NCBI GenBank assembly: GCA_043228905.1
Contig: JBHGNT010000008.1
Span: 4,774,001-4,838,000 of the forward strand
Origin: Azolla caroliniana
Taxonomy: Eukaryota; Plantae; Polypodiophyta
Length of the DNA: 64,000 nucleotides
Reading direction: 5' to 3'
Shown here: positions 12,702 through 25,100 of the stretch, piece by piece
Position numbering within the stretch: position 1 is the first letter of the stretch
Layout: the number at the start of each line of letters is the position of its first letter
Position numbers and translations under genes: made by a program
The notes under the pieces: generated by a model
The model's database searches: none
What the model was told of the DNA's origin: nothing
Seen by the model: only the letters and a program-made list of their open reading frames with translations

Positions 12702-15307
12702 CTATCCCCCTTTAAAACGACAAGTGTCACGAGTCGTTTTGGATTGAGGACCCGGTTTGTCTGGATATTGATGATGGAAGTCTTCATGAAGAGCACAAGC
12801 ATTGGTCACACACATTTTGTATTGGTTCCCAAGTATGCTTGCTAGGACTATATCCTAGCAATCGACTAGATAGTAGAGCTTGTTGCGAACAATCTTGGAA
12901 TCGAGGATGATAGCAACCTTGTACTCAGGTCCATCTTCAAGTTCGATCGAGGGTGGAGGTTGTTTAATACGACCTGGGATGATACTATCTTGATAGGGTT
13001 TGAGGAGAGAACTATGAAACACGAGATGTATCCGAAGTTGTGGAGGTAGAACGAGACGAAAAGCGACATCATTAATTTTTCTGATAATACGGAAAGGACC
13101 TAATTGCCGATAATCCAACTTCTCGCATGGGCGAGTAGTCTTGATGTGTCATCGTAGTAGCCATAACTGATCTCCAATGTTAAAACTGGATGGAAGCCGA
13201 TGACAATCCGCGTAAACCTTGTGTGTTTGTTGAGCTTGATGTAGATCAGTAGATAAATCCACTTGTACCTTATGTAACTGCTCCAAACAATCTTCTGTGC
13301 AAGGATTTGTGGGTAATTCCGAGGTTTCAAATACACACCATCGGGGGTGACAGCCCGTATAAGCATAAAATGGTGTAACCTTTGTTGATGAGTGGACACA
13401 GTTATTATATGCAAATTTGGCAAAGTGGAGAATATCCGCCCAATTATCTTTATGATAGCTTAGAAAGTACCGAAGATACTGCTCCAACGTTTGATTTGTT
13501 CGTTCTGCTTGGCCGTTTGTATGTGGGTGGTAGCTGGAGGAGAGGTTCAAGTGACCTTGAGCATTTTAAAGAGGTGCTTCCAAAAATTCGAGACGAACTG
13601 GGGTCCACAATCGTTGATGATATTATCGGGAAGGCCTTGATGCCGACATACTTCACGCATGACAGTTTCAGCGGTTTCCTCACTGGAGATTTCCTTAGTA
13701 CATGGCAGGAAATGGGCCATCTTCGTATATTGATCTACTACTGGTAAGATCGTATCGAATCCCCTTAGAGACAGGAAGATCTGTGATGAGATCTAGAGCA
13801 ATAGATTGCCACGACTTGCTTGGAATTGGTAATGGTTCTAATAAACCATATGGATGATGCCTTGGCATTTTTGCTCTGCAACATGTATACAAGTCTGAAC
13901 AAAATCTTCGACAAATTGTCGCATATGGGGCCACCAAAATGATCGTTGTACTAAATCTAATGTTTTAGTACTACCAAAATGCCCAGTTGTATATGTGTCA
14001 TGATAGTTTTGGACTACTCGAAGGCGACAAGAACCATTAGGAACATACAATAATTTCTTAAAGAATAGTAATCCATCATGACATTCTAATTGTTGATAGT
14101 TTGTACTTGTTGGTCCCAGGATTACTTGCTTTTGGTTATCGAAAGCTGGCTCGCCAAGATGTGGTGCTAGATACAAGCGCCATGATAATGGATCTGCCTT
14201 CCCTTCTTGCTTCCCCGGACGATATGTCATTTTGAAGTAGAAACGAGTGAGGAATTGGGCCCACCGAGCTTGATAGTGATTTAACACACGAGCATTCTGA
14301 AAGTAGGCAAGGTTTTTGTGATCACTGAATATGGTGACTTGATGAGAAGATCCCTCTAGAAAATGCCTCCATTGCGTAAAAGTGTCCACTATTGCTAATA
14401 GCTCCTTATCATGAATTTCATAGTTGATTTCGGCAGCGTCAAATTTACGTGAGTGGAAAATCACAGGATGGAGCTTTTTATCATCCCCTTGTTGTGACAG
14501 AATGCTACCCAACGCGAAATCTGACGCATCTGCTTCGATGATGAATGGTTTTTCCGGATCAACATGAGCTAGAATAGGAGTTGATGTAAATGTCTTCTTA
14601 AGATACTCAAAAGCCATGTCCGCTTCTTCAGTCCAAATGAACGATTGTCCCTTCCTGGTGAACTGTGTGAGAGGCAGAACAAGGTTTGAGTAATCCTGTA
14701 TAAACTTGCAATAGAAATTGGCAAAGCCTAAAAAGCATTGCACATCTCGCAATGAACACGGAATCTGCCACTCTACCACCATTTTGACCTTAGCTGGATC
14801 CATGGAGATGCCTTCCGAGGAAATGACATAGCCCAGAAATTGTACGCGGTTGTAGTCAAAACTACATTTTTCCAGCTTTGCATAAAGACCATGTTCTTGA
14901 AGTCGTTTTAGTACTAACATTACATGAGAATCATGCGCTTCTTGGGTCTTCGAATAAAACAGTAGATCATCCAAATATCCAAGAGATCTTGGAATATATC
15001 ATTTGCCATGTGCTCGAAGACTGTTGGCGCATTAGTGAGGCCAAATGGGATGACCGTATACTCGAAGTGCCCATATCTGGTGCGAAATGCGGTCTTCCAT
15101 TCATCTCCTGGTCGGATCTGTACGAGGTTATATGCTCCTCGTAAGTCGATCTTTGTGAAGAACCTTGCACCATTGATCTGTTCTAAAAGATTTGAGATAA
15201 GGGGAAGTGCGTACCTATTCTTGATGGCGACCTTATTTAAGCCACAGTAATCTACGACAAGACAATCTGATCCATCCTTTTTCTTGACGATGAAAATGGG
15301 TGCGTCG
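12702..15307 (-). pseudogene. pol: Chromoviral RT-RNase H-integrase-chromodomain (broken)
   Basis: ORFs 13838-14974 (DDLLFYS, EADASDFALG, NYEIHDKELLAIV), 13149-13550 and 12855-13118. Confidence 0.9.
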
Positions 15308-15492
15308 TGTCGAATACAAGTGTATAATGGACGTATTCACACTATCCCTTTTGTATAGCTTAAGTTTGGGCCATTTGTGTAATTAGCATAAATGGTAGTT
15401 GCCCTAAGTCGGTCACTATATAAAGTGACCTTGTAACCTTTTTGTAGGGTTGGGTTGTATTATTGTCTTATTGTAATAGAAAGACTTTTGTG

Positions 15493-15533
<41 letters not shown>

Positions 15534-18500
15534 GTGCACGATCTTGCTAACTGTCACACGCAGGTATTCAGCACTAATCGAATGCTATTTGATCTTCCGC
15601 ATTGACGACATTGTATCCAACATCTGGTATCAGAGCTTGCACAGTATTCGGTTCTTCAATCCGCTGTCGGCCGTCGTCTCAGCCTGCACAGCATTCGGTT
15701 TCCTGCGTCATTCGAAGAAGAGAGAAGAAGAAGAAAAACGAGGCTTGCATGTCATCGCGTTAGATCATCTTCGCTTGGAGTAAGCCATCAGGTTGTACTC
15801 TGTTCCTTGTGATCGTAACCGCTCGAGGTGAAATCCCCTTGTGCAACATTGACACGATCGTGCTCCACCCGGTTAAACGGCATCCGAAGAGGTCATCAAA
15901 CGCTGCTCGCCGCTCATTGTAACCACTCGGTGCAGATCGGTCTCAAGACAACAACCCCAATTCGTGCTTCATCCGGCTGATCGACATTCGGGAGGATCAG
16001 TTGGATCCGTCTCTCTCGTCGCTGCAGTCACCCGAAGCAGAATCGGTCCAAACAATCGGTTTCAATAATCGGTATTTGGCATATATATTCGGAAGCGAAC
16101 CGGGCTCACTCCGACTCGGCAACATTCGGGAAGACCAGTCGGTTCTGTCCCTCAAGTTACCGGAGTCAATTCGAGCAAGTTCAACAATACATATATCCGA
16201 AGCCGAATCGACTCGGGTTCAAATCCGACTAGAACGATATCGGGTGAGCCAACCGGCTGCACTCCAACAAGGTTCGTAGTCAACTCCGAACCGAGCTTCG
16301 TCAACCGAAACCAAATTTGATGGCATCAACATCCGGCTCGTCAGAAATGAGTCTACGAAAGTTCGATGGATCGAACTTCAACTTCTGGAAGGAGCAAATG
16401 CAGGACTATCTCATAGTCAAGGGGCAAATCGATCCCATCGAAAATGAAGAACCTCCAGAAGGATACAAACCAATTGAGTGGCAGAAGCTGGACAGAATCG
16501 TCCGCGCCACGATTCGGATGCACCTATCGGAATCGGTATACTTTACGGTGCAGTCGTGTACGACAACATTCGAACTGTGGAAAACACTGTCGGACACCTA
16601 CGAAAAGAAAGTCGCTGCAACGAAGATGTTTCTGATTCGGCGCCTCTACAACTTGCGGATGAAAGAATCCGATTCGGTTCAAGCACATCTCAATGAGTAC
16701 GAAAGCATAAGCTCCCAAATCTCATCTCAGGGGACGGCAATCGAGGATGAACTCAGAGCAATGATACTCATGAGCAGCCTTCCCTCATCATGGGAAACTT
16801 TCGTCACAACCGTGTGCAACGCGTCAACCACGGCTGTTAAATACTCCGAAGTCACGAGCGCAATCCTGACCGAAGCAGCTCGGAGAAAGTCTTTCGCCAA
16901 AGACTCAACAGACGACGCTTACGTAGTACAAGGTTCGACAGACCGATCGAACATACGAGGAAGAGATTCCTCACGGCCGCCGAACAATCAGCGAAGACGG
17001 AGCCAGTCACGGGATAATCGAATCTGCAACTATTGCAAGAAACCCGGACACATCAAAGCCGACTGCCGCGCACTCAAGAACAAGAACGACAAGTCTCAGA
17101 AATCAGACAAGAAGAGTGGCCGGCATGAGGAGATCAATTACGTCAGCTTCTCAGCCGATGTGCTACCAAACGACCCGAATATACTATCAATCGAAAATCC
17201 AGTCGGATCAGAAGTTCTGCTCACGACTGAAGAATCGAGCACATGGCTCTTGGATTCGGGCGCGTCATTTCACGTGACTCCTCATCGATCCCAATTTCGG
17301 CAATATACGATCTGTCACTCCGACTCAGTTCGAGTCGGCAACTCGCAACACTGTGACATCATTGGAATCGGCACAGTAGAGCTCAACCTTGCAGGTGGCT
17401 CTACACTTGTACTTCACAATGTCCGACATGTACCCAAGCTCTCAAGGCCATTGATCTCAGTCGGACAACTAGATGAAGACGGCATTCGTGCCGGTTTTTC
17501 TTCGGGAGGGTGGACACTCCACAGGGGGAACCTCCTGCTTGCTAGAGGACCCAAGATACACTCACTGTATCCGTTACATGTTACGCTCAGAGAGGGTAAC
17601 CTGTTTTTGGTGGATATTCCTGTGTCATCACTATGGCACAGAAGATTAGGACACCTCAGCAAGGCCGGCATTACGCATCTATCTAGAGCCGGATACATCC
17701 CCAAACTCTCCTTCTCCGACCATCAATTCTGCGAGCATTGCCAGTATGGCAAACAAGCAGCCGCATCACACCCGACATCAGCACCACGAGAAACGAGACC
17801 TCTCGATTTAGTCCACTCGGACGTCTGTGGCCCAATGCCGCATCAGTCTCTCGGCGGTGCCTTTTACTTCGTCAGTTTTATTGACGATTCGACTCGAAAG
17901 GTGTGGGCTTATCCAATTCGCACCAAAGATCGGGTCTTCTCGATCTTCTCCGATTGGCTCGCTATGGTAGAAAATCAAACCGACCGAAAACTAAAATGCT
18001 TTCGGACCGACAATGGGGGAGAGTTCAAATCAGAAGAACTCGTCAAATTCTGCCGACAACGCGGCATCCGACGTGAATTTACGGCACCACACAGTCCGGA
18101 GCAAAACGGGATTGCCGAACGCATGAATCGGACAATCCAAGAACGGATAGTTTCCATGCTCCAACACTCCGGACTGTCGGATGGCTTCTGGGCAGAGGCT
18201 CTACTCACGGCAGTACACATAATCAATATGTCGCCAAGCAGACCTCTAGGACTTCAAATTCCTCAGGAACTATGGATCGGCAGTAAGCCGAATTACGACA
18301 AGCTGAGGATCTTCGGATGCGAGGCGTACGGCCTTATTCCGAAAGATGATCGCCGAAAACTTGCACCTCGGTCCAGGAAATGCATTTTCCTTGGATATGG
18401 ATCCGACGGCGAAATGGGATACCGACTCTGGGACCTCGAACGCAGACAAATCGTTCGAAGTTCGGACGTTGTGTTCAACGAGTCGGCTATGAATCCATCA

Positions 18501-20803
18501 GTCAAAACACCGATCGAAGTCCGAAGGGTAACATTTTCCGATGTGCCGACCCTTCAAGAAGGCCCCGCTCTTAACACACGGTCAGCTTCACGGGTAGCTG
18601 AACCTTACACTACCGACTCGGACAACTCCGACTCGGTACAACCGAATGATTCGCTTTCGGACCATCCGACCTCGATACCCGATGCGACCAGTCCAATCAT
18701 ACCTCGACGATCCGAGAGACTGTCGCAACCTCCGGAGAGGTATTCTCCTGGAATTTTCTTCACCGACGCCGGCGAACCGACGTCTTACGAAGAAGCATCG
18801 ACATCTGTCGATTCCGCCACCTGGCATCTGGCGATGGAGTCGGAAATGCACTCCATTCGGGCAAACAAGACTTGGGATCTGGTCGAATTACCTAGGAACC
18901 GACGTGCTCTTCCTTGCAAGTGGGTTTATCGACTAAAAGAGACGTCTGATTCGACCACCCCAAAGTACAAGGCCAGATTAGTTGCGAAGGGCTTCCGACA
19001 AGAATATGGCGTCGACTTCGACGAGATTTTTTCACCAGTGGTGAAAATGACAACCCTTCGTTTTCTACTCGGCGTAGTGGCAGCCGACAACTTGGAGCTG
19101 ATTCAGCTAGATGTCAAAACAGCCTTCCTCCATGGTGATCTTGAAGAGGAAATTTATATGGAGCAGCCAAAAGGCTTCGTGGCAACTGGCCAAGAACATC
19201 TAGTCTGCCGACTCAGGAAGAGTCTATACGGCCTCAAACAGGCACCGCGACAATGGTACAAGAAGTTCGACGATTTCATCCAATCGATCGGCTTCTCAAA
19301 AAGCGATGAGGACCATTGTCTTTTTACCAACACAGCTCAAGATGGATCACCCATCTTCCTCATCATTTACGTGGACGACATGCTAATTTCTGGACGCCAC
19401 GCGGGCGAACTTGCCGATCTCATTCGGCAACTGCGGTTGAAGTTTGCCATGAAGGACCTCGGTCCGGCACGACACATACTTGGCATGAAGATTAGTCGGC
19501 ATCGCGATCAACGACATCTTTTTTTGTCTCAGACCGACTATATCGGACGTGTCTTGGAACGCTTCAACATGCAATCAGCCAAATCTGCTTCAACCCCGCT
19601 CCCCATGAATCTTCGGCTCTCTCAGCGAGACTGCCCGACATCCGGTCCGGAGGGGGAAGATATGAAGTCGGTACCGTATGCACCGGCAGTCGTCTCCCTT
19701 ATGTACCTGATGGTCGCGACACGACCTGATATCTCTCATGCCGTAGGAGTCGTTAGCAGATTTATGCACAATCCTGGCCGATCGCATTGGAACGCAGTCA
19801 AGCATGTGTTCAAATATTTGGCTGGCACAAAAGACCACGGCATTCTTTTCGGTCCGAACTCAACTACAGGCGTAGTCGGTTACACCGACTCGGACTTCGC
19901 CGGCTGTATAGACAGTCGGAAATCAACAACCGGATACTGCTTCAAATTCTGCTTCAAACGACCGAAGCAGAATATGTAGCTGCGTCCGACGCTGCAAAAG
20001 AAGCTTTGTGGCTCGGCCGGCTGGCGCACACGTTTCGGCAAGTCGACCATGACTCGGCTCCAATTGTCTATAGCGACAGTCAAGGTGCTGTTGCCTTGTC
20101 GAAAAATCCGGTTCACCACAACGCCTCCAAACATATCGACGTTCGATATCACTTCGTTCGGGACTGCGTCATTTCAGGGAAAATCGGTCTAGAGAAAATA
20201 TCCACAACCGACAATGTCGCAGATGGAATGACCAAGTGTCTTTCGGCAGACCGCTTTCGGTCTCTTCGGCATCAGATGGGCGTAACGACAAACCAGTCCG
20301 GTTAGAGCCGGACACAGCGCAGGATGGTTTCGGACAACCGACATCAGTTCCTTAATGATCGGCTTCAACTCTTCCGACCCGACCAGTCCGGTCTTCTGCC
20401 TTCGGACCCTGCCGACTCGAACAAAACTGATATGTTCGAGAACCTAGGTTCATACCTGTAATCTTAGATAACCCATGTATACGCCCATTACGGGGGAGTG
20501 TCGAATACAAGTGTATAATGGATGTATTCACACTATCCCTTTTGTATAGCTTAAGTTTGGGCCATTTGTGTAATTAGCATAAATGGTAGTTGCCCTAAGT
20601 CGGTCACTATATAAAGTGACCTTGTAACCTTTTTGTAGGGTTGGGTTGTATTATTGTCTTATTGTAATAGAAAGACTTTTGTGCCTCTCTCTCTCTCTCT
20701 CTCTCTCTGTCTCTGTGCACGATCTTGCTAACTGTCACACGCAGGTATTCAACACTAATCGAATGCTATTTGATCTTCCGCATTGAAGACATTGTATCCA
20801 ACA
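15308..20803 (+). mobile_element. Tnt1/Tork-like copia family-A copy 1
   Basis: LTRs 15308-15622 and 20499-20803; PBS TGGTATCAGAGC at 15625; PPT GGGGGAG; perfect TSD CGTCG. Confidence 0.97.
16317..20305 (+). pseudogene. gag-pol: Copia gag-pol polyprotein frameshifted in RNase H
   Basis: The 1220-aa ORF has CNYCKKPGHIKADC, LDSGAS, the HHCC/DDE integrase and YVDD. The RNase H tail continues in another frame (to 20305) after a deletion at ~19950. Confidence 0.93.
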
Positions 20804-21281
20804 CGTCGGCTGGAGATTTCGAATGTCGAATTAAACCATTTGCCAAATTCTCCTCTATATAGGCTCGAAGGACTTCTAGCTTGGTTGGAGACAAATTGTA
20901 GATCGGTCCCCATGGTTTTCCCGGTTGTAAATCGATGGGGCAATCATACGGTTGATGGTGAGGAAGCATATTGGCCTGTACTTTATCGAACACATCGGCA
21001 TAATGACGATACTTCTCTAGAAGTTGAACAATGGACTCCTCTTTAGTGGTGTTGGAGGGTTTTACTAATATTGCGAAGAGAAACATTTCTTCCTTGCGTC
21101 CTTCCTCACACAATTGATGTAGCAAAATGGTTGCAATCTTATGAGTAGATCAACGGGTTTGTCGACACCGTATTTCTCTTGTTCTCCAATTTATGGTTGG
21201 GTTATGTAATTCAAACCATGGTAATCCCAAAACAATGGGATGTTCTGGGATATTAATTATATTAAATGATACTACACACGC

Positions 21282-21503
21282 TAGTAAGTTATCTAGGACA
21301 ATATTAACGGGTTCTGACTCTTCTATAATATTTCCGGAAGCAATGGGACGACCATCAATGACTACTATAGAGGCTAGACACGTGACTTTTCTTAGTAAGT
21401 TATCTAGGACAATATTAACGGGTTTTGACTCTTCTATAATATTTCCGGAAGCAATGGGACGACCATCAATGACTACTACAGAGGCTAGACACGAGAGTTT
21501 TCT
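21282..21503. repeat. 111-bp tandem duplication in the chromoviral protease region
   Basis: TAGTAAGTTATCTAGGACAATATTAACGGG occurs at 21282 and 21393; it is single in copy 2 (~40802). Confidence 0.9.
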
Positions 21504-22133
21504 TAGGCAAAATTCCTATCCATGAAGCAAGAATTAGCTCCGGAATCTAGGAGTGCTGAGACATGTACTGGAGAGGTACTTTTAGTACTAACTGTTACTT
21601 GGGCTAAGAACACATTGCTAACTTGCTTAGAGGAGATGGAACCACTAATGGGCTGCACAGATCTAGGGTTGTCCAACCAAACGGCTCCTATTTTGGCTGG
21701 ACTTAATCATTTAACTCTTCTTCTAACTGACTAAGGACTTTAAATTTGTTCGATAGATTTTGGTTATTAGTACTATTAGAACTATCATATTTGTTCGATA
21801 GATTTGGGCTATAAGATATTCCTATTGAAATAGGCTCGAGTTTAGTACAATTAGAACTAGCCACTATTTCATTCACCTGTCTTCTTGGCCTATAGGGATA
21901 GTTCATTGCAATATGCCCTGGTCCATCACAATAAAGACATAGTCAATTTTCTCGGCATCGCTGCTTTTCTTCTTCCGATAATGGTCCGCGGCGACGTGTA
22001 GTGTCAATTTCCATCGGAGTTGGAGTATTCACTGAAGACACATTATATGACTCCCTTGGAAAAGGTTTTGCTACCATTGAGGTGTAGGTGGGCTCTGATC
22101 TTGCCCTTGGCATCTGGAACTGACGTTCCGAAC

Positions 22134-25100
22134 TGTTGTAGACAGGGGCCGTCAATGCGGAAGATCTAGAAGCATTCGATTAGGGTTGAGTACCTGCGTA
22201 TGACAAAATCGAAGATTGTGGACAGAGAGAGAGAGAGAGAGAGAGGCACAAAGAGTCTTTCTATTCCATAAGACAATAATACAACCATAATACAACCAAC
22301 CTTACAAAAAGGTTACAAGGTCACTATATATAGTGACCGACTTAGGGCAACTACCCTTTATGCTAATTACACAAATGGCCCAAGCTTGAGCTATACAAAA
22401 GGGATAGTGTGAATACGTCCATTATGCACTTGTATTCGACACTCCCCCGTAATGGGCGTATACATGGGTTGTCTAAGATTACAGGTATAGGCCTAGGTTC
22501 TCGGGCATATCAGTTTTGTTCGAGTCGGCAGGGTCCGAAGGCAGAAGACCGAACTGGTCGGGTCGGAAGTGTCGAAGCCGATCATTAAGGAACTGATGTC
22601 GGTTGTCGGGAACCATCCTGTGCTGTGTCCGGCTCTAACCGGACTGGTTTGTCGTTACGCCCATCTGATGCCGAAGAGACCGAAAGCGGTCTGCCGAAAG
22701 ACACTTGGTCATTCCATCTGCGAAATTGTCGGTTGTGGATATTTTCTCTAGACCGATTTTCCCTGAAATGACGCAGTCCCGAACGAAGTGATATCGAACG
22801 TCGATATGTTTGGAGGCGTTGTGGTGAACCGGATTTCTCGACAGGGCAACAACACCTTGACTGTCGCTATAGACAACTGGGGCCGAGTCATGGTCGACTT
22901 GCCGAAACGTGTGCGCCAGCCGACCGAGCCACAAAGCTTCTTTTGCAGCGTCGGACGCAGCTACATATTCTGCTTCGGTCGTTGAGGTCGCTGTGCACTC
23001 CTGAAGTTTCGACTTCCACGAAATTGCTCCATTGCCGAATTTGAAGCAGTATCCAGTTGTTGATTTCCGACTGTCTATACAGCCGGCGAAATCCGAGTCG
23101 GTGTAACCGACTACGCCTGAGGTTCGGTTCGGGCCGAAAAGAATGCCGTGGTCTTTTGTGCCAGCCAGATATTTGAACACATGCTTGACTGCGTTCCAAT
23201 GCGATCGGCCAGGATTGTGCATAAATCTGCTAACGACTCCTACGGCATGAGAGATATCAGGCCGTGTCGCGACCATCAGGTACATAAGGGAGCCGACTGC
23301 CGGTGCATACGGTACCGACTTCATATCTTCCCCCTCCGGGCCGGATGTCGGGCAGTCTCGCTGAGAGAGCCGAAGATTCATGGGGAGCGGGGTTGAAGCA
23401 GATTTGGCTGATTGCATGTTGAAGCGTTCCAAGACACGTCCGATATAGTCGGTCTGAGATAAAAAAAGATGTCGTTTATCGCGATGCCGACTAATCTTCA
23501 TGCCAAGTATGTGTCGTGCCGGACCGAGGTCCTTCATGGCAAAATTCAACCGCAGTTGCCGAATGAGATCGGCAAGTTCGCCCGCGTGGCGTCCAGAAAT
23601 TAGCATGTCGTCCACGTAGATGATGAGGAAGATGGGTGATCCATCTTGAGCTGTGTTGGTAAAAAGACAATGGTCCTCATCGCTTTTTGAGAAGCCGATC
23701 GATTGGATGAAGTCGTCGAACTTCTTGTACCATTGTCGCGGTGCCTGTTTGAGGCCGTATAGACTCTTCCTGAGTCGGCAGACTAGATGTTCTTGGCCAG
23801 GTGCCACGAAGCCTTTTGGTTGCTCCATATAAATTTCCTCTTCAAGATCACCATGGAGGAAGGCTGTTTTGACATCTAGCTGAATCAGCTCCAAGTTGTC
23901 GGCTGCCACTACGCTGAGTAGAAAACGAAGGGTTGTCATTTTCACCACTGGTGAAAAAATCTCGTCGAAGTCGACGCCATATTCTTGTCGGAAGCCCTTC
24001 GCAACTAATCTGGCCTTGTACTTTGGGGTGGTCGAATCAGACGTCTCTTTTAGTCGATAAACCCACTTGCAAGGAAGAGCACGTCGATTCTTAGGTAGTT
24101 CGACCAGATCCCAAGTTTTGTTTGCCCGAATGGAGTGCATTTCGGACTCCATCGCCAGATGCCAGGTGGCTGAATTGACAGATGTCGATGCTTCTTCGTA
24201 AGACGTCGGTTCGCCGGCGTCGGTGAAGAAAATTCCAGGAGAATACCCTTCTTGAAGGGTCGGCACATCGGAAAATGTTACCCTTCGGACTTCGATCGGT
24301 TTTTCGACTGATGGATTCATAGCCGACTCGTTGAACACAACGTCCGAACTTCGAACGATTTGTCTGCGTTCGGGGTCCCAGAGTCGGTATCCCATTTCGC
24401 CGTCAGATCCATATCCAAGGAAAATGCATTTCCTGGACCGAGGTGCAAGTTTTCGGCGATCATCTTTCGGAATAAGGGCGTACGCCTCGCATCCGAAGAT
24501 CCTCAGTTTGTCATAATTCGGCTTACTGCCGATCCATAGTTCCTGAGGAATTTGAAGTCCTAGAGGTCTACTTGGCGACATATTGATTATGTGTACTGCC
24601 GTGAGTAGAGCCTCTGCCCAGAAGCCATACGACAGTCCGGAGTGTTGGAGCATGGAAACTATCCGTTCTTGGATTGTCCGATTCATTCGTTCTGCAATCC
24701 CGTTTTGCTCCGGACTGTGTGGTGCCGTAAATTCACGTCGGATGCCGCGTTGTCGGCAGAATTTGACGAATTCGTCGGATTTGAACTCTCCCCCATTGTC
24801 GGTCCGAAAGCATTTCAGTTTTCGGTCGGTTTGATTTTCTACCATAGCGAGCCAATCTGAGAAGATCGAGAAGACCCGATCTTTGGTGCGAATCGGATAA
24901 GCCCACACCTTTCGAGTCGAATCGTCAATAAAACTGACGAAGTAAGAGGCACCGCCGAGAGACTGATGCGGCATTGGGCCACAGACGTCCGAGTGGACTA
25001 AATCGAGAGGTCTCGTGTCTCTTGGTGCTGATGTCGGGTGTGATGCGGCTGCTTGTTTGCCATACTGGCAATGTTCGCAAAATTGATGGTCGGAGAAGGA

